Shown here: positions 11,543-21,597 of the stretch, one piece after another
Layout: each line of letters starts with the position of its first letter
Position numbering within the stretch: the first letter of the stretch is position 1
IMG/VR virus record: IMGVR_UViG_3300029305_005387
Length of the DNA stretch: 64,000 nt
From: a virus
Taxonomy: Duplodnaviria; Caudoviricetes
Direction: 5' to 3' (one strand)
Notes under the pieces: generated by a model
Database searches by the model: none
Seen by the model: the letters and a program-made list of their open reading frames with translations, nothing else
What the model was told of the DNA's origin: nothing
Translations under genes and position numbers: made by a program

Positions 11543-11588
11543 AACAAAAAAGAAAGGTTGTCATCATCGACAACCTTTCTTTTTTGTT
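11543..11588. terminator. Bidirectional intrinsic terminator
   Basis: aacaaaaaagaaaggttgtc-atcatc-gacaacctttcttttttgtt. Confidence 0.85.
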
Positions 11589-13005
11589 ACATATCAATAT
11601 TTATTGTCTGTTTAACTAGAGTTTCTATCTTTTTATATCTTCCTCTAAACCACCATGTTAGTGGAGGAATAGATCTATCTACAAGATCCCAATAGTACGT
11701 ATCTTTATCCTTTGCAAATTCTCTTAATCTACCCAGTGTTTGTTCAATTACTACTTTACTTACTACAGGTTCAACACATATAACAGAACGTAAACCTGGA
11801 ATATCCTTACCAGTTCCACAAGATTTAATAGTAGATACAATGATATCTTTTTTCTCTGCAGAAAGTTTTTCATCTTTTGAAATCTTTGAATGATAAGCTG
11901 CACAAGACTTTTCTGGGAAATCTTTTTTTAATTTTTTAACTACTTCCTCAGCTGCATCAATTAATGGAACGAATATTAAAGTTTTACCTTCCATATCTTT
12001 AGTCTTTTCTATTATAGACAAAATAGTCTTATATGCAGTATCATTCTGATCATCAAAGAAAGCATATCTACCATATTTATTAGCAGTAAAACCTGGATGA
12101 CCCATGAGCTTGGCTCTATCTTTAGGACTGATTCTGCTATTAATATTTACCACATGATATATGATATGTTTCCTACTAACTTCTTTAGATTGTATTTCTC
12201 CGTATGTAATTACGGATTGAAATGCTCTTTTGAAACATACAGATTCTGTTTTATCAGATCTATCAAATGTTGCTGTAAGATACCAAGTTCTATCAGTATT
12301 TGTATAAAAGTCTATTAAAAGTATATTGGCAAATTCCATATGAGATTCATCATAAACCTTTATACCAATTTTTAGTTTCTTAAAGAATTGATGGAATTTA
12401 TAACCACCATTCTGTACCATATAATTTCGTAATGTTTGATGGTTTACAAAATATACATCAGCTTCTTCTACCATATCTTCCATGATTGCATCCATAATAG
12501 CACTACCAGCAATATTCATAAGATTTTTATTTCTATATTCAAACATCTTACTATAGGTAGAAATCCATTGTTGTTTCAAAGATTCATTAGGAGTAATGAT
12601 TAAAGTTTTTAATCCTAATGATGTAGTTGCATAAGCAACACAGAATGTCTTACCTGCACCTGTTCTCAAGTTAAGACCTAATTGGTGTTCAGGTCCTTTT
12701 AAGAATTTTATACTTTCTTCTTGTATCTTATCCCTAGGATCATACAAACTGTAATGTTGTTTAGGCATTTTTTCAGATGGATCTGATTCAGTCATATATC
12801 TTATAGTAGCTCCAGTGATTGATTCAAGTTTACTTATGGAGGTACCTCTAGGTAGTAGAAGCTTACCATCTTCAATTGTATATCCACAAGCAAATTCTTT
12901 ACCTGAAAATTTGTCTGTAGCAGTATACATATCTTCAATGACTGGATAGTCATCTTTAGCATAAGGATATAATTCTATGTGAGTATTATAAACATCAATA
13001 TTCAT
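11587..13005 (-). CDS. Superfamily 2 (DExH, UvsW/XPB-like) helicase
   Basis: Q motif (PRDKIQ), Walker A TGAGKT, DESH, motif III LTAT, GTGKDIPGL, motif VI QTLGRLR. Confidence 0.9.
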   Translation of the reverse strand: MNIDVYNTHIELYPYAKDDYPVIEDMYTATDKFSGKEFACGYTIEDGKLLLPRGTSISKLESITGATIRYMTESDPSEKMPKQHYSLYDPRDKIQEESIKFLKGPEHQLGLNLRTGAGKTFCVAYATTSLGLKTLIITPNESLKQQWISTYSKMFEYRNKNLMNIAGSAIMDAIMEDMVEEADVYFVNHQTLRNYMVQNGGYKFHQFFKKLKIGIKVYDESHMEFANILLIDFYTNTDRTWYLTATFDRSDKTESVCFKRAFQSVITYGEIQSKEVSRKHIIYHVVNINSRISPKDRAKLMGHPGFTANKYGRYAFFDDQNDTAYKTILSIIEKTKDMEGKTLIFVPLIDAAEEVVKKLKKDFPEKSCAAYHSKISKDEKLSAEKKDIIVSTIKSCGTGKDIPGLRSVICVEPVVSKVVIEQTLGRLREFAKDKDTYYWDLVDRSIPPLTWWFRGRYKKIETLVKQTINIDM

Positions 13006-13028
13006 ATCGTTTTTGCCTCCTTTAGGTT

Positions 13029-13058
13029 TATATATTCTAATTATGTAAAGAATATATC
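13029..13058. promoter_or_regulatory. Face-to-face pair of early-type promoter motifs
   Basis: TATATATTCT on + (13029-13038) and GATATATTCT on - (13049-13058) between divergent genes. Confidence 0.55.
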
Positions 13059-13102
13059 AATGTTTATTTCTATATACAATAATTACAGAGGAGGTTCATA
13101 TT

Positions 13103-14392
13103 ATGAACAGACAAGAACGTAGGAGAGCGGCTAAGTTGGGGTACATTAACGATGTAAAGAAAGCTCCTAAAAATCTGAAAGCATTGATGTTTAACCAATT
13201 CATTGATGTTAAACAGTCCGGAATGTTTCATTATTTCACTTTCAAAGGTTTGGAAGAAAAAGTCGATGTTTATGAGCACTTATGCAAATTAATCGGCACA
13301 CAGGTTTACGATTGTTATCTGAATGATGGTGTTAGACATAGCAGAGTTCCGTCTACAGTATTTGATCCTGATTTATGTGATGATGTTTCCGTAGAAAAAG
13401 TGTTTACGAAATTCCGTAAATTCGTTCGTAAATGTGATGAGGATACATATTACAGAGTTAGACTTGTTGACGGAATCAATAGTGTTTACGCTATTATTAT
13501 GAAATCAACTACTGAAAATACCTATATTGCTACATTAGCTATTAATGATGCAGATGTTTCTGAGTTTTATGCAATCGAGTTCAATATCAGTAATAAAGAA
13601 ACATTCTCAAAGAAGATGCATTATGTTGGAAACACTGGTATCTATACAGCAAATAAAAGTTCTAAGGCTTCTAGAAGAGCCAGAGAATGTGCTGAGAAAA
13701 TTATGTTCGATGGATTGAAAGATTTTCATATGAATCTCATTGATCGTGTTTTGGATACATTGTTTGCTGAGAAGAAAAGTGAAATTCCTTATAACAAGAT
13801 GGAATTAAAATTGTTTAGTAAAATCTTGGATTTCTATTCTTTGGACGATAAAGTTGGCAACCTGATGATGATCCTGATTACTGGATTTTCTTCTGAGAAA
13901 GCTAGATATAGAGCTGCTAAAAGACAGAAATCTCAGGAAATTATCCGTGAAACTGTTGGCCTCATTTCTGATGACGATGCAAGATTATTTCCTATTATCG
14001 ACTTAAATGAATCCGAATGGAAATTCATTAATCGATATATGGAGAATAAAATTGAAGACACTTTTAACTTGAAGGATTATCTTATTGATCCGAGATATGG
14101 TAATAGTATTAAAATGAGTTTTCCTACTGAAGATGGTAATAGTAGAGAGCTAGTGATCTCGTATATATTGAGTGAAGATGATGACATGGTAGTATTTAGA
14201 ATTACTGATATTTTATCGGATAAGATGAATGCTTCTGTATATCTCACATTTAATAATATCGAGAACTTTAATACTGTTTCCAGCATTATGTACATTGATA
14301 AATATCATATCATTTCGGATAAAAGTTGGATGGTTCGTTCGGTTGAAGAGCTCGCAAGTTTGACCCCCCATAGTTTCAATAGAGCCGCATGA
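13103..14392 (+). CDS. Hypothetical protein, probably the N-terminal part of a frameshifted gene continuing to 14762
   Basis: 429-aa ORF with GAGGAGG SD. Ends a few codons after a C6 run at 14364-14369. Confidence 0.75.
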   Translation: MNRQERRRAAKLGYINDVKKAPKNLKALMFNQFIDVKQSGMFHYFTFKGLEEKVDVYEHLCKLIGTQVYDCYLNDGVRHSRVPSTVFDPDLCDDVSVEKVFTKFRKFVRKCDEDTYYRVRLVDGINSVYAIIMKSTTENTYIATLAINDADVSEFYAIEFNISNKETFSKKMHYVGNTGIYTANKSSKASRRARECAEKIMFDGLKDFHMNLIDRVLDTLFAEKKSEIPYNKMELKLFSKILDFYSLDDKVGNLMMILITGFSSEKARYRAAKRQKSQEIIRETVGLISDDDARLFPIIDLNESEWKFINRYMENKIEDTFNLKDYLIDPRYGNSIKMSFPTEDGNSRELVISYILSEDDDMVVFRITDILSDKMNASVYLTFNNIENFNTVSSIMYIDKYHIISDKSWMVRSVEELASLTPHSFNRAA

Positions 14393-14402
14393 AGCTGTTA
14401 AG

Positions 14403-14762
14403 ATGATCCACAAAGTTATTTCACTATATGTTGCTATTAAGGATCGTCCTAAACGTACAAGAGTTGTGAGGAAGACTATCAAAAAGGAAGTTCCGGTGTC
14501 AAATACACCTAATGCACCGAAAGAGGAAAAAGATTACACAGTGGCCAGAATTCTTAAACCTGCTAAAGAGGTAAAAGAATACGTTCAGAGAATGACAAAG
14601 CAATCCAGTGGATCTAGAAGACCTGCAGAATACACCGTTGAAGAATGGGAACGTACAGCTCATCAACGACATTATGCAGATGGACGCGTTGTTTGGGTAA
14701 GAGGTACAATTTGTCACAGACAGTTGCCTCTTACTCAAAAAGAAATTCACATCAAGCTGTAA
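14403..14762 (+). CDS. Basic domain with WxRxxHxRxYxxGxxxWV motif, probably the C-terminus of the upstream gene
   Basis: This frame is open from 14364 (the C6 run) and has no clear SD before ATG 14403. Confidence 0.65.
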   Translation: MIHKVISLYVAIKDRPKRTRVVRKTIKKEVPVSNTPNAPKEEKDYTVARILKPAKEVKEYVQRMTKQSSGSRRPAEYTVEEWERTAHQRHYADGRVVWVRGTICHRQLPLTQKEIHIKL

Positions 14763-14768
14763 AAACAA

Positions 14769-14806
14769 AAAAAGAAAGGTGGTCGATCATGACCACCTTT
14801 CTTTTT
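14769..14806. terminator. Bidirectional intrinsic terminator
   Basis: aaaaagaaaggtggtc-gatcat-gaccacctttcttttt. Confidence 0.85.
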
Positions 14807-15332
14807 ATACAATTTGAAATGCTCTTGCCAAATAAAATCCAGACTCTGGAACTGGTCCTTCAAATTTCTTTTTTATTACTAAGGCTAATCTAGGAGATGA
14901 ATAAACCTTATATGCAAAATTATTCAACTCTGCTTTCTTAAATCTTAAAACGAACAGAGTTTTATTAATTGGGATTTCATGCGTAAAACCAGGAATTGAA
15001 ATATTAATTATATCGCCTTTTTGAAGAGATTCAGGATCCATTTCAATCCATCCTTCATTTGATCTTGATAATTCTTCACCATAATACATTTTTTCTCTAG
15101 CATCAGTATTCTCTGGTTTAGATATATCTAATTCTGTCAAATTTATTTCAGGATCATCAATTAATGCATTCCATAATGCATTTTCTGGAATAATTAATAC
15201 TGAAAAGTTTTTGGCTGTTTTAGATTGAATCACGTGATTCAAGTAAGTATATTCTTGTAAACCAATTCTACTCATTACATTTTTAAATCCGAGTACTGCG
15301 TCGGCAATACTAGGGACTTTCTTAGTTGCCAT
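14805..15332 (-). CDS. Hypothetical protein
   Basis: 175-aa ORF whose AGGAGG SD lies inside the 3' end of the HD gene. Confidence 0.8.
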   Translation of the reverse strand: MATKKVPSIADAVLGFKNVMSRIGLQEYTYLNHVIQSKTAKNFSVLIIPENALWNALIDDPEINLTELDISKPENTDAREKMYYGEELSRSNEGWIEMDPESLQKGDIINISIPGFTHEIPINKTLFVLRFKKAELNNFAYKVYSSPRLALVIKKKFEGPVPESGFYLARAFQIV

Positions 15333-16078
15333 TTCTTACTACCTCCTAACTTATTAATTGTAGCTGTACGTGGTACAAAAGGATTCACTTCCTTTAATTT
15401 TTCATAATAATAATTTGTCATAAGCTTAGAATACTTTTCATTGCTTTTACCTTGAGAAATTAATCTTGCTAAAAGTAATCCTAGTGTATAATTGAACTCT
15501 TTACCTGATGGTCCGAAAACAGCTAAATCCAAATCAATTCTGACAGCTCTATCGAATTTATTTATCCTTAAATAATTCGATGAAAGTTTATCACTTAAGG
15601 TGATGATATCTACCATAGTTCTGATATTTTCTGGAAGTTCTAAGTACACTGGAAGAATCGGACATGAATGAAAGAATATTGGATATAATACTTCAATATC
15701 ATCTAATTCAAGTTCTTTATTCAGAAATATACCTGCAGCTAATGGATGTAATTGGATATCTGTATTGAAATAATCTCCAATATTAAACGTATCAAGAATA
15801 TCAAGATTTTTTCTGACATAGAAATTATTGTTTTGAGGAATTATAATTTCATTCCATTTCTTTTCGCCTGCAAGTGGATTAAGAGCTCTATCTTTAAATA
15901 AATCATGAGCCAAAGCTGCTAAAGCTAATTTTTCATCATCGCATGGTTTTCCCAACTTTTCATTCAGTACATATGCATATTCTCGTACAAGTTGGATATG
16001 ATTCATATGATATTCATATTTAAAATTATTACCATGAATAAACTCGTTGAGTTCTAATAGTGTTTCTTGTGTAATCAT
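15275..16078 (-). CDS. HD-domain phosphohydrolase (YqeK-like arrangement)
   Basis: H(YHMNH)...AALAHDLFK...LHPLAAG...FHS...LSDKLS metal-ligand pattern. Confidence 0.8.
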   Translation of the reverse strand: MITQETLLELNEFIHGNNFKYEYHMNHIQLVREYAYVLNEKLGKPCDDEKLALAALAHDLFKDRALNPLAGEKKWNEIIIPQNNNFYVRKNLDILDTFNIGDYFNTDIQLHPLAAGIFLNKELELDDIEVLYPIFFHSCPILPVYLELPENIRTMVDIITLSDKLSSNYLRINKFDRAVRIDLDLAVFGPSGKEFNYTLGLLLARLISQGKSNEKYSKLMTNYYYEKLKEVNPFVPRTATINKLGGSKKWQLRKSLVLPTQYSDLKM

Positions 16079-16115
16079 AATTATATACCTCCGTTGTATT
16101 AGTTATTACACTAAT

Positions 16116-16146
16116 AGAATATATAATTTATTTGGGTATATATTAT
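16116..16146. promoter_or_regulatory. Divergent early-type promoter motifs
   Basis: TATATATTCT on - (16116-16125) and TATATATTAT on + (16137-16146). Confidence 0.55.
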
Positions 16147-16204
16147 TATATTAGAAAGAATAAATAATTACTATCAATATTCAACATCCAAGGAGGAATT
16201 CATT

Positions 16205-17077
16205 ATGAATAACAACAAAAGAAATTTAAGAGTAAGAAGACGTTTAAATGCGAGAAGACGTCGTAGAATGACAATTAACACCATCAAATTTATACTATCT
16301 ACACTCATTGTCATTGCACTTATTTTCATCGCACATGGTTTTATTAGTAATGCTAAAAATGATGATCTAAAAATCGTTAATGTTACTACAGAGGAAATCA
16401 AAAATGCTAGTTATACTAATCCAACAGCAACAGAGATACCTCTGTCCAAAGATGCCTCGTACGTTAATATAGAGATACCTATTAGTACACAAGCACCTAT
16501 TACTACACGACCTAAAACAGATCTTGAAATTTTAGAAGAGGAGTTAGGCAATAAGAAAATTAAACTTGATCATGAAATATTAATTAACTATGATCTGCCA
16601 AGTAAATATTACAATGATAAAGACTTTTCAAGTTTTCAGCCTTATATGGATTATCATCACATTACTGATGAAACATCTTCAGCATACGCAGTAACTCGTA
16701 GTGATAATGCATATGTGGATGAGTATGGAATGCTCAGATATTCATTAAAAGAAGATCAATTCAGTATTGACGGAAAGGATGATTTTGTAATTGCTCTTGG
16801 AACATTCTATAAATCATCTGAAAAATGTGGTGAGAGGTTCTTAATTGTTACGAGTACTGGTATGTATACTGCAACCACTGGTGATACAAAAGATGATAAA
16901 CACACTGATCAATATCATATGTTTTCCAGTCATTGTAAAGGAACAAAAGCTGGGCTAATTGAGTGGTTAGTTGATGTAGATAAATTGGAAGATCTTCCAA
17001 AACGAGCAGGTTCTATTACCTACTCATCTCATGAAGAATTACAAGGAGAAATCCTTTACATATATAAAATTCAATAA
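16205..17077 (+). CDS. Membrane-anchored protein with a possible 3D/DPBB-like cell-wall-active C-terminal domain
   Basis: Arg-rich N-terminus, one TM helix, Thr/Pro linker, then DFVIALGTFY...GERFLI...TGDTK segment. Domain call is tentative. Confidence 0.55.
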   Translation: MNNNKRNLRVRRRLNARRRRRMTINTIKFILSTLIVIALIFIAHGFISNAKNDDLKIVNVTTEEIKNASYTNPTATEIPLSKDASYVNIEIPISTQAPITTRPKTDLEILEEELGNKKIKLDHEILINYDLPSKYYNDKDFSSFQPYMDYHHITDETSSAYAVTRSDNAYVDEYGMLRYSLKEDQFSIDGKDDFVIALGTFYKSSEKCGERFLIVTSTGMYTATTGDTKDDKHTDQYHMFSSHCKGTKAGLIEWLVDVDKLEDLPKRAGSITYSSHEELQGEILYIYKIQ

Positions 17078-17092
17078 AATATTCTTTCTGAT

Positions 17093-17128
17093 ATGGAGGC
17101 ACAATTTTGTGCCTCCATTATTTTTTTT
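17093..17128 (+). terminator. Intrinsic terminator
   Basis: atggaggcacaa-tt-ttgtgcctccat followed by a T tract. Confidence 0.85.
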
Positions 17129-17183
17129 CATTTTATGATATGATTTACTAATTAGATAATAAATATAAAGGAGGTGTATACAT

Positions 17184-17741
17184 ATGGATTGGTATACATT
17201 TGGTAGTGCTATTATGGAACATATTATGATTCCAATAATCATTGCTTTAGGAACAGCTCTTTTGCTTATTTTCAAAAATAGATTTGATAAAATCTCTAAG
17301 AGTATTGTTGCTAAGAATGAAATGGAAGAAATGGAAAAATCTACAAATATCAGAAAACAACTGATTGATACCATTGAAACACAGGTAAAGGCATCTGTTG
17401 CTACAATAATGCCTATTGCTAATAGAATGAAAGAAAGAGGAGAAGGACTTAGTGATGAAGAAGGATTGATGTTAAAAGAAAAAGCTAAGAATTTAACATT
17501 AAATACTTTTCCACCTAGTCTTACTCAAGAGGGTGGAGTTCTATTAGAGATTATAGGTGGTAGAGAACGTCTCGATTCTATTATTGATTCTTTGATAGAA
17601 AAACATGTTTTTGAGTATAAAGGATCACCAACACCACAGATAGTTCAAAGTTCTAACGTCGTAGAAAACAATAATACACGTCCAACTCGACAATATAAGA
17701 ACAATGTTATGGCTACTCATTCTGATAATTCCGTAGGTTAA
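17184..17741 (+). CDS. Single-TM membrane protein, holin-like
   Basis: N-terminal TM (IMIPIIIALGTALLLIF) then a helical domain ending LDSIIDSLIEKHV, reminiscent of LL-H-type holins. Confidence 0.5.
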   Translation: MDWYTFGSAIMEHIMIPIIIALGTALLLIFKNRFDKISKSIVAKNEMEEMEKSTNIRKQLIDTIETQVKASVATIMPIANRMKERGEGLSDEEGLMLKEKAKNLTLNTFPPSLTQEGGVLLEIIGGRERLDSIIDSLIEKHVFEYKGSPTPQIVQSSNVVENNNTRPTRQYKNNVMATHSDNSVG

Positions 17742-17743
17742 TC

Positions 17744-17782
17744 AAATATGGAATGGGTGTAATAACACCCATTCCATATTTT
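17744..17782 (+). terminator. Intrinsic terminator
   Basis: aaatatggaatgggtgt-aata-acacccattccatattt. Confidence 0.85.
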
Positions 17783-17840
17783 TGTCATTATACGTAAAGT
17801 ACCAAGTTCATAATACAAACTTTAGAGAGGTGATTAAATA

Positions 17841-20654
17841 ATGAGATTAGAAATTCTGGATATTGACAGATTAATTGCTGTCAATAAACTCCAAGAGGTA
17901 ACATCTCCTCGTTTATTTTCAAATAAGATGATGTTTGATCCTCAAGGTATTTTATCAAATGAGATTTTTGGTATTTCTAAGAGTGATCGTAGATCTACTT
18001 TCGCTTATATCAATTTAAGACGACATTTCATTCATCCTCATATCTATAATAAAGTTCTTAAAGGAATTTTTAGAGGTATAATCTACATTGTATCAGGACA
18101 AAAATATTATTCTGTAAAGAACGGATTGTTAGTCGAGGATCCTGATAATGGATGGACAGGACTGGAAAATCTTTATAATCATTGGAATGAAATTGATTGG
18201 AGTAAATCTCAATCAGCAAATAAGACGAATAAAAAGGTTTTGATGAATATTACTCGTGATCAGGTATTCATTGATAAAATGCTGGTTTGTCCTCCAGCAT
18301 ATCGTGATGTAATGATTGCTGGCACAGTTGACTCATCTGACCACGTAAATGAATTAAATGATCTTTATGTAAGATTAATTCGTTCAGTAGCTCTATTAAG
18401 CGAGGGTGGACTATTTGCTCGTACTCAATATGCTACACAGACTAAGATTCAAGATACTCTTGTAGAAATTATGGAATATTTTAAGAAACAGATTTCTCGT
18501 AAACAAGGTCTTATCAGAAAGAATCTTATTGGTAAATCTGTAGACTATGGTGTACGTGCAGTTATTTCTGCTCCTTCGTATAATAATGAACGAATTGAAG
18601 ACAATATCATTGATATTGAACATACTGCAGTACCAATTTCAATGTGTTGTTCGATGTTTTATCCTTTTATCGAATCATATTTACGTAATTTCTTTACACG
18701 AGAAATTATTAATGATCCGAACTTGATCACATTCTATGATATTGAAAATAAAAGAAGTTTTACTGCTCAAATTAAAGATCCTGATATTCAATTTTCTGAA
18801 AAGAATATAAGAAAGATGATAAACGATTATTGTTTAAATCCGGATAATAGATTCAGGGTTCTTTCAGTAGATGTTATTATTCCACAAGCTAGTGGAAATA
18901 AAACTGTAAAAGCTTCTCTTGTAATGAAGGGTAAACAAATTCTTCCTAATGATAGTACAACAATGTTGAATAGAGCTATGACTATTACAGATGTTTTATA
19001 TTTAGCATGTGTTGATGCTTGTGAAAAACGTCATGTAATGGTGTCTCGATATCCAGTAGGTACTGACAAAGGTATTTACTTTAATAAGATTAGAGTTCAA
19101 TCAACAATCAATCATATTAAATTAGTATTCAATGGAAAAGAATATCCATATTACCCAGATATTGATTTCAAGATCGATCAGAATAAAGTTGGAGTTCAAT
19201 TTATCGATACCCTTGTACTGTCAAATTCACATTGTGATGGTATGGGTGCAGATTATGATGGTGACGTGTTATCAGCAAGAGGTATTTGGTCTGATGAAGC
19301 AAATATGGAAGCTGAAGAAATCATGAATCGTAAAATGTCTGCATTAAACATTACTGGTGCGAATAGTAAAGTAGTAGCTAAAGAAGTATTTAACTCATTA
19401 TATGAGTTAACAAAGATTGGTGAAAAACCTGTAGCAAAAGTTGTTAGACCTTTAGATGCTGAAATGTATCTAAAAATGAGTCCTTCTGATATTACACGTA
19501 CTTTCTTAGCAGATACATTTGCAGATATGGTAGATTGCACAGTTAAAAATGTAGCTGGTAAAAATGCACCAAGATATAGAACTTGGGATAAAATTACAAT
19601 TCCTGCTAAACATTTTTATGAAGGACAAAAAGAAATTGAAACTACTATAGGTAGATACATTGCTAACAAATTTATGTTTGAAGGATCAAATATTATTGAA
19701 CAAATTGGTTTCGTTAATGAAACTATGAATAAAAAAGTTGTTGGTAATATTGATACTAAAGTAGGTCAATTATATTTGGAAGATAATATTAATAGAACGC
19801 AATTCAATATGTATCTTGACAGAAGAGATACTCTCGGTTATTGGTTGAATGGTATGCTTGCACATACTATTTCTGAAAAGATGACTAAACCATTACCAGA
19901 AATTGAGAAAAAGAAAGCTGAACTTTGTAAGAAATATGAGAAAGAATTAGCTGAAGGTAATATCGATGTAATGACTCAGATTAGTGATGAATTAGTTGCT
20001 TATGCTAAAGAATTACTTAAAGGAGATCCCGGCATGGATCTATATGATTCTGGTGACCTTGATTTTGGTAATAACTATAAAAACAATTCTATTATCAAGG
20101 GTGCAGTAATGAATAAAATCACTGGTGAGTTTGACTTTATTGATACATCATTTATGGATGGTATTAATGTTAAAGATATTCCTGCTCATGCTAATTCAAT
20201 TCTTGCTTCTCAGTATCCTGCATCTATTGCTACAGCTGATGCTGGTTATATGGGTAAAAAGTTATTAGCATTACTTCAGATGATGGAAGTTGATGAACCT
20301 GGAACTGATTGTGGCACAAAGAATCTCATTCCTGTAAATATTACTAAACATAATATGAATGACATGCTTTATACTTATATCGAAGAAGGATCTCAACTGA
20401 AGATGTTAACACGTGAAAACATTGGATCCTATGTTGGTAAGAGTGTAATGATGAGATCTCCAATGTCTTGTAAGAATGAAAAGATTTGTTCAAAGTGTGC
20501 TGGACAATTATTCTATTTACTTGATGCTAAACATGCAGGATTGTTTGCAACTCAGATTTCACATGCTGCTCTTAACCTTGGATTGAAAGCTAAACACAAT
20601 AGCTTAGTAGAACTATTTACTTTAAACCCAGATGTGCTTATTGAAGATCTATAA
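17841..20654 (+). CDS. Phage multisubunit DNA-directed RNA polymerase, beta'-like subunit
   Basis: GILSNEIFG, PPAYRD, GLIRKNLIGKSVDYGVRAVI, catalytic ADYDGD, bridge-helix TADAGY, DCGT and RSPMSC...CSKC zinc site. Confidence 0.93.
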   Translation: MRLEILDIDRLIAVNKLQEVTSPRLFSNKMMFDPQGILSNEIFGISKSDRRSTFAYINLRRHFIHPHIYNKVLKGIFRGIIYIVSGQKYYSVKNGLLVEDPDNGWTGLENLYNHWNEIDWSKSQSANKTNKKVLMNITRDQVFIDKMLVCPPAYRDVMIAGTVDSSDHVNELNDLYVRLIRSVALLSEGGLFARTQYATQTKIQDTLVEIMEYFKKQISRKQGLIRKNLIGKSVDYGVRAVISAPSYNNERIEDNIIDIEHTAVPISMCCSMFYPFIESYLRNFFTREIINDPNLITFYDIENKRSFTAQIKDPDIQFSEKNIRKMINDYCLNPDNRFRVLSVDVIIPQASGNKTVKASLVMKGKQILPNDSTTMLNRAMTITDVLYLACVDACEKRHVMVSRYPVGTDKGIYFNKIRVQSTINHIKLVFNGKEYPYYPDIDFKIDQNKVGVQFIDTLVLSNSHCDGMGADYDGDVLSARGIWSDEANMEAEEIMNRKMSALNITGANSKVVAKEVFNSLYELTKIGEKPVAKVVRPLDAEMYLKMSPSDITRTFLADTFADMVDCTVKNVAGKNAPRYRTWDKITIPAKHFYEGQKEIETTIGRYIANKFMFEGSNIIEQIGFVNETMNKKVVGNIDTKVGQLYLEDNINRTQFNMYLDRRDTLGYWLNGMLAHTISEKMTKPLPEIEKKKAELCKKYEKELAEGNIDVMTQISDELVAYAKELLKGDPGMDLYDSGDLDFGNNYKNNSIIKGAVMNKITGEFDFIDTSFMDGINVKDIPAHANSILASQYPASIATADAGYMGKKLLALLQMMEVDEPGTDCGTKNLIPVNITKHNMNDMLYTYIEEGSQLKMLTRENIGSYVGKSVMMRSPMSCKNEKICSKCAGQLFYLLDAKHAGLFATQISHAALNLGLKAKHNSLVELFTLNPDVLIEDL

Positions 20655-20661
20655 AGATAAT

Positions 20662-20671
20662 TATATATTCT
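20662..20671 (+). promoter_or_regulatory. Early-type promoter motif TATATATTCT
   Basis: Exact motif upstream of 20755. Confidence 0.55.
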
Positions 20672-20754
20672 AACATTAGAGAAGTGGATAGAATATTAAT
20701 TAATTCTGAACTTCACTAAGCAAATAACAATTTAACACAAGGAGGATTATTTAC

Positions 20755-21528
20755 ATGAGTACAATCAAACTTTCAACACAGTGCCCTAATTGTAAAAAAC
20801 AAATCAATCTGTCTGCAGAAGTACCTAATACAGGTACAGTAGTCCCTGCAACACGAAGCAATCTCCAGCCAATCGGTGATATCTTAGTATATAAGATCAC
20901 CTCTGAAGATCTTAAGAAATTTATTATGGAGAAGGCAAAATTCTATTGTAAAAACGTGAAAATGGAAATCGTTCCACGCTATTGTGAAAAGAAACGTAGA
21001 CGTGATAATGAACCTCATCGTTCTTATGCTTCACTTCGTATTGCATTCTCTGAAGATATTCTTGTTAAGAAAGAAGATCTTGGCTGGTACGGAAAAATTG
21101 GCGAATCTGCTGATAATCTGAGAATTGAAAATTCTATCTTTACTCATCTCATCAAGAAGTATGGGTATAACACTAAGGATCTTGAAGCATGGTTAAAGAG
21201 CTATCGTAATCTTGAGGAACTGGAAGAATGTCTTGGTATGACTGAGAGTTACATTTCCGATCTTAAGACTTATTCAACTCCTCAGCGTATTACAACTACA
21301 AATGGTGAAAAGTGGATTTTCTTTGCAGCTGCAGCAGAAAACGTAATCAAGGATATGTTAGAAGATCCTGAAACAGGTATGCTTCCTGGTCGTTTGCAGA
21401 TTCATGATGTTTATAAGATCTCTGATGATATTGTGGAATTCGTTGTTTATCTCCATCCTCAGGAATTGAAGATGAAAGAGAATCCTCATGTACGTCAGAT
21501 TCTTATGGGAAGCGACAAAAAGAAGTAA
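20755..21528 (+). CDS. Hypothetical protein with an N-terminal CPNC knuckle
   Basis: 257-aa ORF with AGGAGG SD. Confidence 0.8.
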   Translation: MSTIKLSTQCPNCKKQINLSAEVPNTGTVVPATRSNLQPIGDILVYKITSEDLKKFIMEKAKFYCKNVKMEIVPRYCEKKRRRDNEPHRSYASLRIAFSEDILVKKEDLGWYGKIGESADNLRIENSIFTHLIKKYGYNTKDLEAWLKSYRNLEELEECLGMTESYISDLKTYSTPQRITTTNGEKWIFFAAAAENVIKDMLEDPETGMLPGRLQIHDVYKISDDIVEFVVYLHPQELKMKENPHVRQILMGSDKKK

Positions 21529-21597
21529 TGTATAATGATCTCATAACGAGATCGTTTACATAATAAACATTAAAAACATCCAAGGAGGAAATTAACA

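Noticed and set aside
17841-20654. Bacterial rpoC, i.e. a host chromosome origin for the window
   Set aside because: Too short and divergent, no adjacent rpoB or ribosomal protein genes, and the context is phage-like. The gene symbol was withheld.
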